Assembly: GCA_000708835.1 (NCBI GenBank)
Contig: DF236957.1
Location: 62,001 to 126,000, forward strand
Source of the DNA: Klebsormidium nitens
Taxonomy: Eukaryota > Plantae > Klebsormidiophyceae
DNA: 64,000 nt
Direction of reading: 5' to 3'
Shown one piece after another: positions 11,501 to 24,737 of the stretch (positions are counted from its first letter, which is position 1; every line of letters starts with the position of its first letter). Made by a program: the position numbers and the translations under genes. Under the pieces are notes generated by a model. That model was not told the DNA's origin. It searched no databases and saw nothing but the letters and a program-made list of their open reading frames with translations.

Positions 11501-13490
11501 ATGAAATGTTCTTGCCTCTTACCTTCTTGGCCTTCTCGGGGAGGCACAGCATGGTGGAGAGGTCAGCCGGGTGGTCGAAGTCCTTCACCTTGCAGAAGGT
11601 GACGTTTGAATCGCCACAGGTCTTGTGGTAAGTGATGTAAACCTTCTCCTGCAACAAAGAAGATGCATTCAGAAAATACACCAAGCTGATGTTGTAAGTC
11701 TTCTTAGGTTCAACTTAGGTCGGAATCTGGTGGTCAGAACTCTGCTTGGTCACTCTCATCATTCAAGAAACGCATGGCCAAAAAGAACCATCCCCAGTGT
11801 ACCTGCAAAACCGACCTTGCGCAGTTACTCGAGACTACTTCTTGAAGTCATAATAGAGGGAGATTGCATGCTTCCCACTTTTTGCAAATGCTGTACCCCC
11901 TGAACGAGCGGCTGCATTTTCCAGACACACAACAATGAACAGCTTGACAAGTGGCATCAGCAATTCAGCCGCAGGACTGTGATACCCCCAAGACTACTAG
12001 AAGACCGCGCACACCAAGATAAATGGACAGGATGGATCAAAACCAACGCTCAAAAGCGCTGCTAAGAGCAACCTGGACCATCAAGTTCAAAAGATTTGCC
12101 CTTGGCTTGAATGCGCAGCTGTTGTTATCACAGCAAGAGCGCCAAACCAATTCATCTGCTGGGTTTGGTCAAAAGCAATTGAAAGATATGGAAGTACCTA
12201 CCTTTGAGAAGTCAGCGATGACCTTCACCACGCCCTTGCCGTGCTTCTTGGCGACGGAAGCCAGGTCCTCATCAGTGTTCAGCAGGGACGACATGTCCTG
12301 GGTCTCATCCACGTCTTGAGTCTCAGAGGCGAGCTCAGCCCTGTGGTGGTGATGATGATGGTGATGATGGCCTCCGAAAGCGATGAACTCAGAGGCGGCC
12401 TTCTGGCTGTCCACATCGACGGCAGACTTGGCCAGGATCATCTTACCCTCTGGGAGCAGAGAGAGTTTGGCGTCAGGGTGCAAGGGACTTGTAACAGCAT
12501 CCAGCATGCTTTGACAAAGAAGCTGTAAGGGGAAGCTTGACTAGAGGGGTCTCACTCTAGATTTCTCTTTAGGCTATGGATTCACAAAGCAGACTCTACA
12601 AGGTGGCAAAAGAAGCACAAATGTTCAATCCAGAAAGCTGGTATACCGATACAAGTTCCCAGGGCCAGAGGAGAGTCCCAACTTTCAAAGCCTACGACAA
12701 TATCAAGCATAACTTACAGGCCTTCATCCCAACAAGTCGTCTGTCAAATCAGAGAATGTAAAAGAACGAAGCTTTAATCAGTGGAAAACCAGGGCACGAA
12801 CGTCTGGCAAGACTTAGTGCAGCAATCGTTTTCTCCAAACGAACCTGAAGGGGAGTGTCCCGATAACCTTCACATACACATTAACTTAGAGGAGGTGGGT
12901 TGAAGAAAGACACTTACTTCCTTCCACCCGAGTGAAGGAAAGCCCCTGCCAGTGGTCTGGCACACTGCAACATTTGAGGGGAATGCATTCAGGAGAAGTT
13001 ACGCTCCATTAGCACATCAATCAAGTTATTCATGTACTGCCAGGAGGGAGAAGTTCTTAAGTGCTGTGAATATTGTCTCTCTGGTGAAAGGAGAGCACAG
13101 CATAAGTGGAGTACCTCTCATTTTATAACTTTTGCACTTAAGATGATGCTTTTGAGCAGCTTAGGAGAAAGCTGCACACCCATGTTCAATGAATGCAGCT
13201 CACAAACCTGAAACAGTGGATTCCTTCGAAGGAGTGGTGAAGTATGGAAGACCAGCCAGAAATGCAAATGACTGAATCAACTGGGCAACGAAGCCATTGA
13301 ATCTGAAAATTAGCAATACACATCAATGAATGCGTCAACATTGCCTGCCAGGCACATGCAATCAGAAGCTTTGAAAGACTCCTCACCATACTCGTGACTT
13401 TGGGGACGGAGCAGGTTCAGGGGCGGATGCAGCCGCTCCGGCAGCGGTGGCAAACGCCAACAGAACGACGAACACTTGAGCGCCCTTCAT
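8570..13490 (-). CDS. Secreted ependymin-related (EPDR/LolA-fold-like) protein with a His9 insertion; 7 exons, ~339 aa
   Basis: Exons 13490-13392 (signal peptide MKGAQVFVVLLAFATAAGAAA...), 12522-12202, 11648-11523 (EKVYITYHKTCGDSNVTFCKVKDFDHPADLSTMLCLPEKAKK), 10721-10653 (GGTIVVGGSLDVDMYFIKAKKAI), 10138-10055 (VVVSLTSESNIPVSINAAKKCHSAVHTN), 9580-9500 (YFNITKDIDEGFFDVPASCEGKMEVSL), 8809-8570. All introns are GT-AG and phase 0, and the spliced frame is open. The ependymin assignment rests on motif order: DF...Y...CK, CLP..A..G...VGG, T...IPV, YFNIT....F.VP..C. Confidence 0.75.
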
Positions 13491-14471
13491 TTTGCAGTTG
13501 CTAGATAGGGTGCAATTGACGGCAACACCAGACAATGAGCCACCAATTCGCCTTCCTCTCCGAACCACTACTGCTTGCTTATGGATAAGAAAGTAAGCAG
13601 ATGTTTCCTTCAAAACTCAGGAACAGGCGATGCATGCATTCAACAAGACAATGAACAGACATGAATCTTCATCTTTTCTGCAGGAGCTGCCTTGGGCCAA
13701 GGAAGGTGGAGAGCTGCAGGCTGCAGAAGCTTCGGCCACGCCTCGGCCAGCGGTGGTCGCACGTCACGCACCCTTCAAGCCCTTATGCCTTTCGAAATGA
13801 ATAACCTTTCGAAGTCCGCTGCTTTTGACGAGTAAATTGACTGGTTCTCAGACCTGAAATAAGCTTGTTAGCCTTCGAAGTAGTATATGAATACAAGAGC
13901 GTATGATATCATACTTAGGTCTTGTAACAGCTCAAAACACCAGCGTATTATAAGGGAGCCCAGGGTTGGACGACACCTGTTTACATATGTCGCTCTAATT
14001 GGACAAGGAAAGCGTGACATCAGCAGTTTTGACTGAAACCACCGTGGAGGGGTTACACTTTTGCGGGCGTTAAGTGCCCCCTGACGCAATTTCTTATCCG
14101 TTTGTTTGTTGGGGGGTCTTCAAGCAGCCAATGTCCACCCCTACGCCGGTATGGACGCAAACGTACGTTACGACCTGTTGAGTTCTTGAAAGTCAAGGTT
14201 TTGGACTACCTACTCTAGTTGGCGCTACGATCTACACATCCCTCTTGAGTTTTTCGCAGTCAGACCCAGACCTAGCCTGCTGGATTCTGAGCTGATCGAG
14301 ACCCCTTTCCTTGGCGCCTACGTTCTGGCTTGGCGTGGGGTTTTTAGCTGCCAGGGCTAAGAAGGGGTTGAGGATCCCGGTGTTGCAGCCCTAAGAAATT
14401 CTCATTTCTTGCCCGCGAGAAAGATTGTGGATTGACAGTGCTCAATAAGCTGGCAAGACCTGACCGCCAAG

Positions 14472-17400
14472 ATGGTAAGCGGACTTTTTAGAATGCGAGC
14501 TGGATGATCTGCTCAAATGCAAGCCTTGCTGAGTTCGTTGGGTGAAAAATCTTTCCTTCTGATGGCTGGTGGGGCAGTTTTGAAAGTATGCCCGCTGTTT
14601 TTGTTAGAATTGATTGTGTCCTACCAGCCACCTCATTTCGAATGTGCCAAGACTGATTCGTTTTCTCCTGCTGTCATTGTAGCCGCTCCGACTAGAGATC
14701 AAGGTGAGATTTCGAGTCTGCATTCCCCATCCGCACCAGCCCAATTGACCTGCTCTTGGTCCAACATCGAAGGTTCACTGGTTGCAAGTTCCATCATGGC
14801 AATAATTGTTTCACTATGCTCTTTGATTGACTCTGCATTCTGTTCCTGGATTGTGCTGGTGCTTGTGTGCATAATTCAGGTGTATCTTGTCTATCTTTGA
14901 TGTACAGCTTTTTTGCAGAGAAAACTCGCTCAACGTTCTGACCGAGTCAAGTCGGTTGACCTACATCCGACTGAACCATGGTAAGAGATGGCATGAATCT
15001 CCCGATAGGGGACTGCGAGACTGATAGGGGCCACAGGCGTGGCGGCCCTCATTTGGGTGTGCAGCGTCAGAGCACGCACTTGCAAGAAGCTTGGCCAGTT
15101 GATCTGGCAGGTTGATTCAGAGCGTCAGGATTGGCGCTTTTTCACAGAAAGGAGGATGTGACTTTCAGAGCCACACATCCGGCACCCCTCGATGAGTTTT
15201 GCATTTGATCGGTTTTGCAATACAGCAAATAGCACCCTGCATTATCGATTTTAGCGTCTGAATCTCCTTCAGAGGAGGGCAGGTTCATGTTGACAAGGGG
15301 TGTGTCCATCCTGTTGTGTGCAGGATCCTGGCGAATCTGTACAATGGAAACATCTTCATCTGGAACCACCAGAACCAGGTCAGTGCATTATGTGCTGCGA
15401 GAAGAAGTCCTTTCCCATCAAGCCTGGAAGCTCTTGAGTTCTTAGTACGTTTTTGAACATGCTAACCTGGGGTGCTCACAAGTTGCTCGATTTTTGGATC
15501 ATTCTGTGTGCTCTGTCGCTTCAAAGTGAGTCAAAGTGAGTCAGCTGATCAGTGGTCTAGCTGGTTCTGAGAGATAGATTGAGCAGCTGTGACATTTTTG
15601 CCATCTTACTCACCACAGTTCCGTGCCCCCTGCAGCAATTGGTGAAGTCTTTTGAGGTTACAGAGCTCCCAGGTAAGCCCTTGAACCTGGATCGATGTGA
15701 AGCATTGTTTCTACCTTCTCTGACATCAGCCTCTCTCATTCATGTGTGACAGTGTACGCACATATGGAGCAGGATTGGGCCTTCCTCGTGTACTCAACAC
15801 TGAAAGTGGAGCTATCTCTGTTGCAGTCCGATCAGCAAAATTCATCGCTCGGAAGCAATGGATTGTCGCTGGGGCCGACGACATGTTCATCCGTGTGTAC
15901 AATTACAACACGATGGACAAAGTGAAGGCGTTTGAGGCGCACACTGACTACATCCGCTGCGTGGCGGTCCACCCGTCCCTCCCCTACGTCCTCTCCTCCT
16001 CTGACGACATGCTGATCAAGCTCTGGGATTGGGACAAGGGCTGGCAGTGCACTCAGATATTCGAGGGCCACTCGCACTACGTTATGCAAGTGGCATTTAA
16101 CCCCAAGGACACGAACACCTTCGCCAGTGCCTCGTTGGATAGGACAATCAAGGTGAGCAGTAATCCATTCGTCTTGCCCCTTAACCTGACAAACAAGGGG
16201 GGAAGGGGAGTGCACGCTCATCTTGGCATGTATTTACCACACCATGAGTCTCAAAAACTTCATGTGTGATGCCGTGCTTAGAAGTTTGAGCCTGAGTCGT
16301 CTTGTCCTCAAAAGTGTTTGATTTTGACCTGCTTATTGTTGTCGTGCCCCACAGGTTTGGAGTCTGGGTTCTCCAAACCCTAATTTCACTCTGGAGGGGC
16401 ATGAGAAAGGTGTGAACTGCGTGGACTACTTCAGTGGCGGTGACAGACCGTACTTGATCACAGGTGCTGACGACAAGTTGGTGAAGGTGAGTCACCAGAC
16501 ACTATCAGCACCTGCTGTGATCCACACAGACGTGCGTTTCAGGTTGGGGCGCCAACCTTGTCATGGCAGATTCTGTCACCATCTTTTCGTGTGCACCAAT
16601 CAGATCTTGTCCCATTTATTTGCATTAGGATAAAAGCTCAACACGCATTACACCCAGCAAATCTTTGTTTGCAGATCTGGGACTACCAGACAAAGAGCTG
16701 CGTGCAAACGCTGGAGGGGCACACTCACAATGTCTCGGCAGTCTGCTTCCATCCTGAGCTGCCGATCATCATCTCGGGGTCGGAGGACGGCACCGTCAGA
16801 ATATGGCACTCAACCACCTACAGGTAAGGAAGTCCTTCGTTTTTGGTGATTGTTTTACCCGGTTTTCTTTCTGCGTTACTGGGGCCTGGTCCAATCCCCA
16901 CAACACAGAACCTGCCTTTATTGAATGAGCCACTGAGCTGCAGGAAAGCGTGTCTACTCCGTACCGTACAGGCAACATCATCGTTGACAGAGTTGACGAT
17001 TTGCAGGATTGCAAAGCTGTTGGTGCACTTTTTACAATTCAATCCTGAGCTCAGTGCCCTCTTGTGTACCAGGCTTGAGAACACTCTCAATTACGCTCTG
17101 GAGCGTGTGTGGGCCCTTGCATACATCAAGGGCTCGAACAGGGTGGCGATCGGGTACGACGAGGGTACCATCATGATCAAGATCGGCCGCGAGGAGCCGG
17201 TGGCGAGCATGGACAACAGTGGCAAGATCATCTGGGCAAAGCATAGTGAGATTCAGACGGTCAACGTGAAGGCGGTGCCTGCGGACGTCGAGGTGAGCTC
17301 TTGGGTGGTTGTTTTGCGGCCGGTCGTGTTGCTCCCACCGCTCTTTTGCAGTCTACATCTGTTTGCAGGGGTCTGCAGCGATGAGAAGGTGTCCGATTAT

Positions 17401-20400
17401 CTTGATTCATGTTTCCAGCGAGCTTGCATGTAGCTGCGCTTTGCCATATCTAGCCGTCAACTGGTCGAAGATGGAGGTCTCTGTACATTTGCAGAAAACG
17501 CCTGGGGGTTTCTAAGCCGGTGTGCTGTTGTGCTCAGGTCACTGACGGGGAAAGGCTGCCGCTTGCTGTCAAGGAGTTGGGCAGCTGTGACCTGTATCCA
17601 CAGGTGAGAGCCCCTCTTGAAAGCAGTTTCTGTTGTCGCCTCCACGCTGAACCTCCCAAAATACGCTTATATAGCCCTTGATAATAGCACGTTCATGCTG
17701 AGACCTTCTTCGTATCAGGCTCTTCCTTCATTCCTATGAAGTGCACGTCCTTGGTCAGATGATTGCGAACTTATCCAAGGTTGTTGGTCAGCTTGTGCTG
17801 TGGCGGCAGAGCTTGCAGGAGGCTCTCCTTTACTTCTCAAATGTGGCGGCTGATGGCTCTCAGTTGTGAATGCCAAGCAATGAACCGCAAAACGAACCTT
17901 CTGCATGTCCGATTTGCAAGGAGAATTGCACAGTTGCGCTGATTTAGTGGTGGTCACCCAGGCAAATTGCGGAGTTGTCAACAGGCAGAATCGTTCTTTT
18001 CCCCTATGTGCTGGCTAATATTAGCTAGTTCTGACCTTACTCCTTCTGTGCAGAGCCTGAGTCACAACCCGAATGGCCGCTTCGTGGTCGTATGCGGTGA
18101 CGGGGAGTACATTATCTACACTGCGCTGGCCTGGAGAAACAGGTCGTTCGGGTCGGCTCTGGAGATCTGCTGGTCGTATGATGGCGAGTATGCAGTGCGG
18201 GAGAGCACGTCGAAGATCAAGATCTTCAACAAGACCTTCGTGGTGAGCAGGGCCGCCCCTCGTACTTTCATCGCTGCACAGCCAGAGTGAAACGAAACAG
18301 AAACGCGTAGGAGCTTCGACTTTCCTCCCTTGCCACGTCTTTCGTCTGCCTAACCTCAATCGTTCTCCATCTTCTCATTGATCATGGTAAGTGTTGTCGT
18401 CTCTGGAAGTCGCTCAAGTCGTCCCTTCCAACTGCAGGAGCGGAAGAGCATTCGGCCAAGCTTCTCAGCTGAAGGCATCTTTGGAGGCACTCTCCTTGCT
18501 ATCAAGTCGAGCGAGTTCATTGTGTTCTACGACTGGCAGGAGTGCCGCCTGATCAGGCGGATCGACGTTGATGTGAAGGTACGTGCGACTTCGTTGTGCT
18601 TGACTGCTTACATCAGCAGAGGCGTTGCAGAAGTGTCTCCCCACTGGTGGGTGCCAATTCTTCCTTTTACTGCCGATCAAACAGCAGGCTTCTACAGGCT
18701 TGTGACAGCGCGAGTGAGAGGCTTCAGTTGCCAGCAGTTTCGTGCAAAAAGCTGCGTCGTGCTGTAGGCCTTTTCTGGCTATGTTGTGGCGGGAGTCATT
18801 CTAGGGGACCGAACTTGTGTCGCATCTGATATATAAGTTCACGTTCAGCTCGATCCATATCCGCTTGCTTGCCTCTTTCTGCAGAACATCTTCTGGTCGG
18901 ACAGCGGAGAGCTAGTGGCAATTGCAGGCGAGACAAACTTCTACATCCTAAAGTATCGGGTAAGTTGGAGAAGTGTTAAAGCAGATCAGGGAATCGACTG
19001 TCCAGATCCTCGCGTCCAAACATTCTCGTGTTCCCGAAGTGCAGTGCCCGGATGTCGCAACAGCAGTCGCCCAATGCGTTTGATGCGAGATTTGCTGGTT
19101 TCGACGAGAGCCTGGATTCGGCCAATTTCAAACCTATCAACCCCTGGTCAGAATGATATCCGTCTCTAGCAACAGGGGCCCGAGATTCACCTGATGTAAG
19201 TAGTATGTAGCAATCTGTCGCAAGACAATCGAATAAACGAACGAACGTTGTTGAGCGATTGCAGAGTTTCGGAGACATGTTCCTTTGCATGAAACTTCAG
19301 TCTATAAAGACCACTGCATCTGTTGAAAGACATTGAATTGATAATTGGTTCAACTTCGCAGCGGGATCTGGTGGAGTCGTACCTGGGCAGCAACAAGCCC
19401 GTGGACGAGCAGGGCCTGGAGGAGGCCTTCGAGCTGCTGCATGACGTCCCTGAGCGGGTGCGGACTGGGGTCTGGGTCGGGGACTGCTTCATCTACAACA
19501 ACTCGGCCTGGCGGCTCAACTACGTCGTTGGCGGAGAGGTATGTCCAACCCGGACTTGGAAATCAATCTTGCTTGGTCAAGAGGGGTGCTAGTTGCAAAA
19601 CCATAGTGAGCAACTTGCGGATGAAAGGCAGCATCTATGTATCTATGTTCGCGCCGGCGGTGTCAAGCTCGTCTCTAAGGGAGAACGTCTTTGATCGGTT
19701 CTGCTGGAAGCAATTGGCAAAGGCGTTGCGATTAGATCGGGCCGAAGTTCAAGGTGGAACTTGCCGTTAGGGTGACTTAAAGGTGTGGCCTGAAGCTCCG
19801 GAAGTCGAGAACTTTGTCCACATGCATCACAGTTTGCCTGAGTAGGGTGAGCAATCATTGCATGGAAAGAACGACTGATACAACGTGTCACACTGACTAA
19901 CGCGTGGATCTCGTAATTATGCTATTACTTACCACAGCCCGCATCTTGGTAGCAGGTAAGTGCCCCTGCTCCGAGCTCCAGACGACGCCAGACTCAAGAA
20001 GCTGATGCAGTCAGGAGATCAGGGGGCTAGTCTAACTCACGCTGCTTGAATGGTTGCAGATCACGACCATGTTTCACTTGGACCGACCAATGTACCTCCT
20101 GGGCTACCTGCAAAGTCAGAGCAGAGTGTATCTGATCGACAAAGAGTTCAAGTGAGCCGCCCTCCCATCGCTGTCGGCCTGCTATTCCCGGCCATCTATT
20201 TCCTAAGAAAGTGACTGCGATGTGCAGCGTCTTCTCTCTGGTGCTTTGCACCGGCTGGCTTCACTTGTTGTCCGCTCGGGTCATGTCCCTTGCCTTAGAA
20301 AGGCAGGGGAGTCGTTGCCTAGTGAACAGGCTGTCTTTTGTGAACCCTCGAGGAGCTTCACTGAGCAATTGCTTACTTCCGAAGGTGGGCAGTTGGGGAC

Positions 20401-23400
20401 ATTCTTGGTCACCCAGGAGATGTATTGCTTGTTCTTGCCAGTGCTTTCTTAAGCCATGCTCATTGCCAGCCTTCAAATCAGTGCTTTAGGCGAGAGCCCT
20501 CCATGAGGCTTATAAAGCTCGCACATCAAGCAATGAAGCAGCCAGGACAACCTCATGTGCATTCTTTCCCTGCTTCTTGCAGTGTCGTGAGCTACACGCT
20601 GCTGCTGAGCCTCATCGAGTACAAGACCCTGGTTCTGCGAGGAGACATGGAGGAGGCCGAAAAGGTGCTGGAGTCTATACCAAAGGACCAGCTCAATAAG
20701 TGAGTCATCTGCCGAAATTCCTGCCCGCGCTCTCGACGATTTGTGGCAAGCTATCAATTGGGTCTCTATTGCGTCGCGCTTTTAAACCTTCCCTTTGGAG
20801 GCACTGTCGTCGGAACTGCCCGCTAGATCATCTATCTAACAACAAGTCCTTAGAATAGCTTTGTTCATCAAGCTTTCAGTTTTCGGTACACTGGTCAAGG
20901 TCGCTCCTTGTTGCAATTGGCAAACGGCTGGCTGGAAGTTCAAGAGCGTGCAAAAGCTTGGGCTACTTCCTGGGCCTACAGCGTGGCTTTTCCTACTTGC
21001 CATCTATCCTCACGTTCCACTGAAGTTCGAAGTCAACTTAGCCTGACTTGCTTTCCTCGCTTGCTCGCAGTGTTGCCAAGTTCCTCGAGGCCAGAGGATT
21101 CACCGAGCAGGCGCTTGAGGTGGCGACGGATCCCGACTACAAGTTCGACCTTGCAGTGTCGCTGAACAAGCTGGACATCGCTCAGGTGAGCTTGCTTCTG
21201 GCAACGGGTATGCGGAGACAATTGCTGCAATGAGCATATTTGCTTTCAGGAAGTTTCTCGTGGAGATATGCCCCGTATTTGCTTGCTGCATGGGCATGCT
21301 CTTGAGGTGTTTTTGAGGGCGGCACCCCATTTGGCCCGTGAATGAATTCGGATCCTTTGTAGTTCCGATTCATCTGGTTGCAATGGCAGTATTGACAGCG
21401 TTTGAGTACATGTAAGTGCCACTTGTATTTCTTGCCTGCACAGCCCCTTGAAGCCCCATAAGAGAACAGGAAGATGTCGAACAGGAGTCCCCGCTACAAG
21501 TAGCCGAGACTTTGACATTCTTGTTTCCATTGCCTTGCAGCACATTGCGGAGGAGGCGCAGAGCGAGTCCAAGTGGAAGCAGCTCGGGGAGCTTGCCATG
21601 TCAGCAGGAAAGGTAAAACGGAACACAGCTGGAACGCTTTAAGTTCTTCTCCTTGCGCTTGATGCTGTACTGCAGAGCGTGATTCTGTGCAGCTTCTTGG
21701 GACTTTTCTGTGTTTGGTTGTTATTTGCAAAGTCGCTTTGGTTGAAGAGGCACCAGACACAGGGTTGCAGAGAGCATGGCGTAGTTCATTACCTGCTCGC
21801 ACACTCTGCCTTCTCGACCTCTTCTTGTGTCGCTCTTGCTGACCCGCTTGCACTGAACCTCGTCTCGCCCCGCTTCTCTCGACCTCCTTGTCAGCTTCTC
21901 GTTCTCAGCCGACGTCTCTCGACCGAATCTCTCTACCCGCATAAGTAGACTCGCTTATCCTCAATCCAATCATTGACCAGAGCTCTGAGATTGTATTGAG
22001 CCACTCTTCTGAGACTGTGGTCGATGACCTTCTCTTCCTCTCAACTCACTTATCCCGACTCACTTTCTTGGTCCCATGTGTTTTATTACTCAATTTTCCA
22101 AGCTGCTTCGATGGCAAGTCGCGGCTGATGCGGTGTAGTTGTGGTCGCTGTGAATTCATCACGATACACCCTTTTCTGGAAAATTCAGTCATAGTCACTT
22201 ACAGCGTTAGGTACCTAAAAGGTGTGCACCTCCACCAACCGGCTTCTTGAGCTGACCACCGCTTTTCATTCTGCGCCTTTCAAGAGGCGGAGCCGGCAGA
22301 GTTGTGGCTCAGATTTGCGAAGCGTGCTCTTGCTGCGTTATACTTTCAGATGACCGCTACCCTACTTCATCACGCGTTCGCTTCTTTGTGCACTCTGCTA
22401 ACCTGTCTTAACCCTCTTTATCCTTCAGCTAGAGCTGGCGGAGTCGTGCCTCGAGTTCGTCAGCAAATCTGAGCGGGCTCCCGCTGCAGTATCACAATAA
22501 CCCGCTATCCCATCTCTACTCAACTGTTCATTATTTGGTGCCTTCTACTAACCCCGCCTCCTTAACCCGCTTTCTTATAGCTGGAGCTGGCGGAGTCGTG
22601 CCTCAAGTCCGCCAGCGACCTGAGCGGCCTCCTGCTGTTGTACACCGCCACCGGAAACGCCGACGGAGTGCTCGGCCTGGCGGAGAAGGCCGTGGATCAG
22701 GGCAAGAACAACGTGGCCTTCCTGGCCTTCTTCCTACTGGGTTCCATCGAGCGGTGTATCGACCTGCTCGTTGACAGGTGAGGCTCGCTCTCTCCCTTCG
22801 ACATTTCTCCCCTTTGTCTTTTCAACTTCCTCCTCTTCTCGAGCTTTTGACTGGACCCTTAATGCCTGCTCCTCTCAATACCGCCTTTCCTGTCTCTTCT
22901 GCCCGTCCCTCACTTCCTTCCAGTGCAGTGCCCATTGGTGGACTGCTCTTGTTGAGCGGATGAATCTGCAAGGTTGAATTGGTAATCGTCGCAGAATCCG
23001 CAGGGTTCTGGCATGCCTCAGGTGGTTCTGCTGTGGAACCACCAGTGGCGGCACGGTTGCGCGAACGTACTTGGTACTGTCACTGTTCTTGCGTGTTTGT
23101 ACATTGACGTCTGAGAGGAAGAAGTCCCCCTGCAGCCAATCTCTTATGCCATAGGTCACCAGGGTGTCCTGTCAAGGCAACACAGGTGCCAGAAGCCCTC
23201 TCACACCAGGACTCACACCATAACCGGTTCCAGTAAGGCAGTGGCCGGTACCAACCTTTTTGGGCTCCGTTGCTGTGCAGTAAACGCGTCCCGGAGGCGG
23301 CGTTCTTCGCCCGGACGTACATGCCCAGCAAGGTGTCCGAGGTGGTGGCGCTCTGGCGGCAAGACCTGGCCAAGATCAACCAGAAGGCGGCGGACTCGCT

Positions 23401-24737
23401 CGCCGACCCCGCGGAGTACCCCCACCTCTTCGCTAACTTCGACTGGGCGCTCAAGGCGGAGGCGCGTTTCAACAAGCAAAGGTGGGCATGGTGATGGATG
23501 TAGAGGAAGCGGGCAGTGTGAAGTTGTGAGTGTTCTTGATTGGAAGGTCGTTATTTGTGGTCTCGACTCTCGGTGTTTCTGATTTCCCTGTACTTTGTTA
23601 GGAGGGTGTCTTTTCTTGCACTGGGTGACGGGTATCCATCCTTTACGTGCATCTTGTGCAGAGCATCGACACTTGACATCCACAGCGTCAGTCTTTCTGA
23701 AAGTGTTGAGGAAAGTTGATCGGTTTTCCATCACCATGGTCTTAGTGTGAGCTTCACGAGATTACTCAAACGGTACTATGTTGCAGTACCAGAATGAGAC
23801 ACAGCTTCTTCGAGACATGGAAGACTGAAAAAGAGTTCAAACATCAGATTTCTTTGCTGAGGCTACGTGATTCAGCGCTATATGTGCACAAACTCGTATC
23901 TGATGAGCATGCGTGTCCTTAAAAGCGCTTTGGTTTTCTGCAGAGAGCATCGGGCGCTGGCCGGCTCATACCCGCAGACCATTGGGCAGACGAGCGTAGA
24001 CATCATCGAAGAGCTCAAGGCGCTGTCCCTGGACGGCGCTGAGGAGAACGGGCACGCTGAGGAGGTACGCCACATCTCACCAATCCCCTCTGGTACTTAC
24101 TCAAAAAGAGATCGGGCGGTATGGCGATCGGCCCTCTACCTGCCTTGCAGAAGTGTCCCTTCCAGGCGCAGAAATCGGTTTGCGGTGCTAACTCTTTCTG
24201 GTAATGCTAGGGTTTGCCCGTGGGTTTGCCCGTATCATGAAGGACGAAACAAGAAAAGCTGTGGCATGACTGTCCGTACAAGTCTGCACGATAGAACTTG
24301 GCTGTAGATTCGGCCTTCATCGTTTCAAGTTGTCGTTCAGGAGTGGCACTGTGCACAATGATCTGAGAGGGCCAACATGTTGGCTCATACTGCGAATACA
24401 AGAGATTATGGACGTGGCACTACTTTGGAACGAGAAATTGATCTTTGACGGCCCACTGCAAGTTTGCCTGCCAGAGAGCGTGTTCTTTAATACTTGTGAG
24501 GTAACCGAGCTGCTCTTTTGTGTGCAGGCGGATCATTTGGGCGCGAAAGGCACCGCTGAGGATGTGGACGAAGAAGAGGCTGTGGAACATGCAGTTGCGA
24601 CAGCCGGGCCGGAAGAGGACGCGCAGCTCGAGGAGCACCCTTCAGAAGCGGTGCCCGAGCATAAAGACGAAGCTGCGCCCGCAGGAGAAGACGCTGAAGA
24701 AGACTGGGGACTCGATGAGGATGAGCCGGGGCAGTGA
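14472..24737 (+). CDS. COPB2: Coatomer subunit beta' (COPI; SEC27/COPB2), ~22 exons
   Basis: ATG-only first coding exon 14472-14474, micro-exon 14683-14703 (PLRLEIK), 14919-14980 ([21 protein letters not shown]). Later WD40 and solenoid exons include [96 protein letters not shown] and [23 protein letters not shown]. The acidic tail ends at TGA 24735-24737. Confidence 0.97.
22409..22495 (+). repeat. Decayed intronic copy of a COPB2 acceptor plus exon start (pseudo-exon)
   Basis: taaccc...ttcag|CTAGAGCTGGCGGAGTCGTGCCTCGAGTTCGTCAGCAAATCTGAGCGG lies 152 bp upstream of the real taaccc...atag|CTGGAGCTGGCGGAGTCGTGCCTCAAGTCCGCCAGCGACCTGAGCGG (exon starts 22581). Confidence 0.85.

Noticed and set aside
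14517-14900. 127-aa hydrophobic ORF
   Set aside because: It lies in COPB2 introns 1-2 and overlaps the PLRLEIK micro-exon out of frame; no recognisable family.
15832-16221. Antisense ORFs over COPB2 (and similar ones at 33409-33903, 40318-41003, 54075-55301)
   Set aside because: Shadow ORFs from the GC-rich codon usage of real exons on the opposite strand or in another frame.
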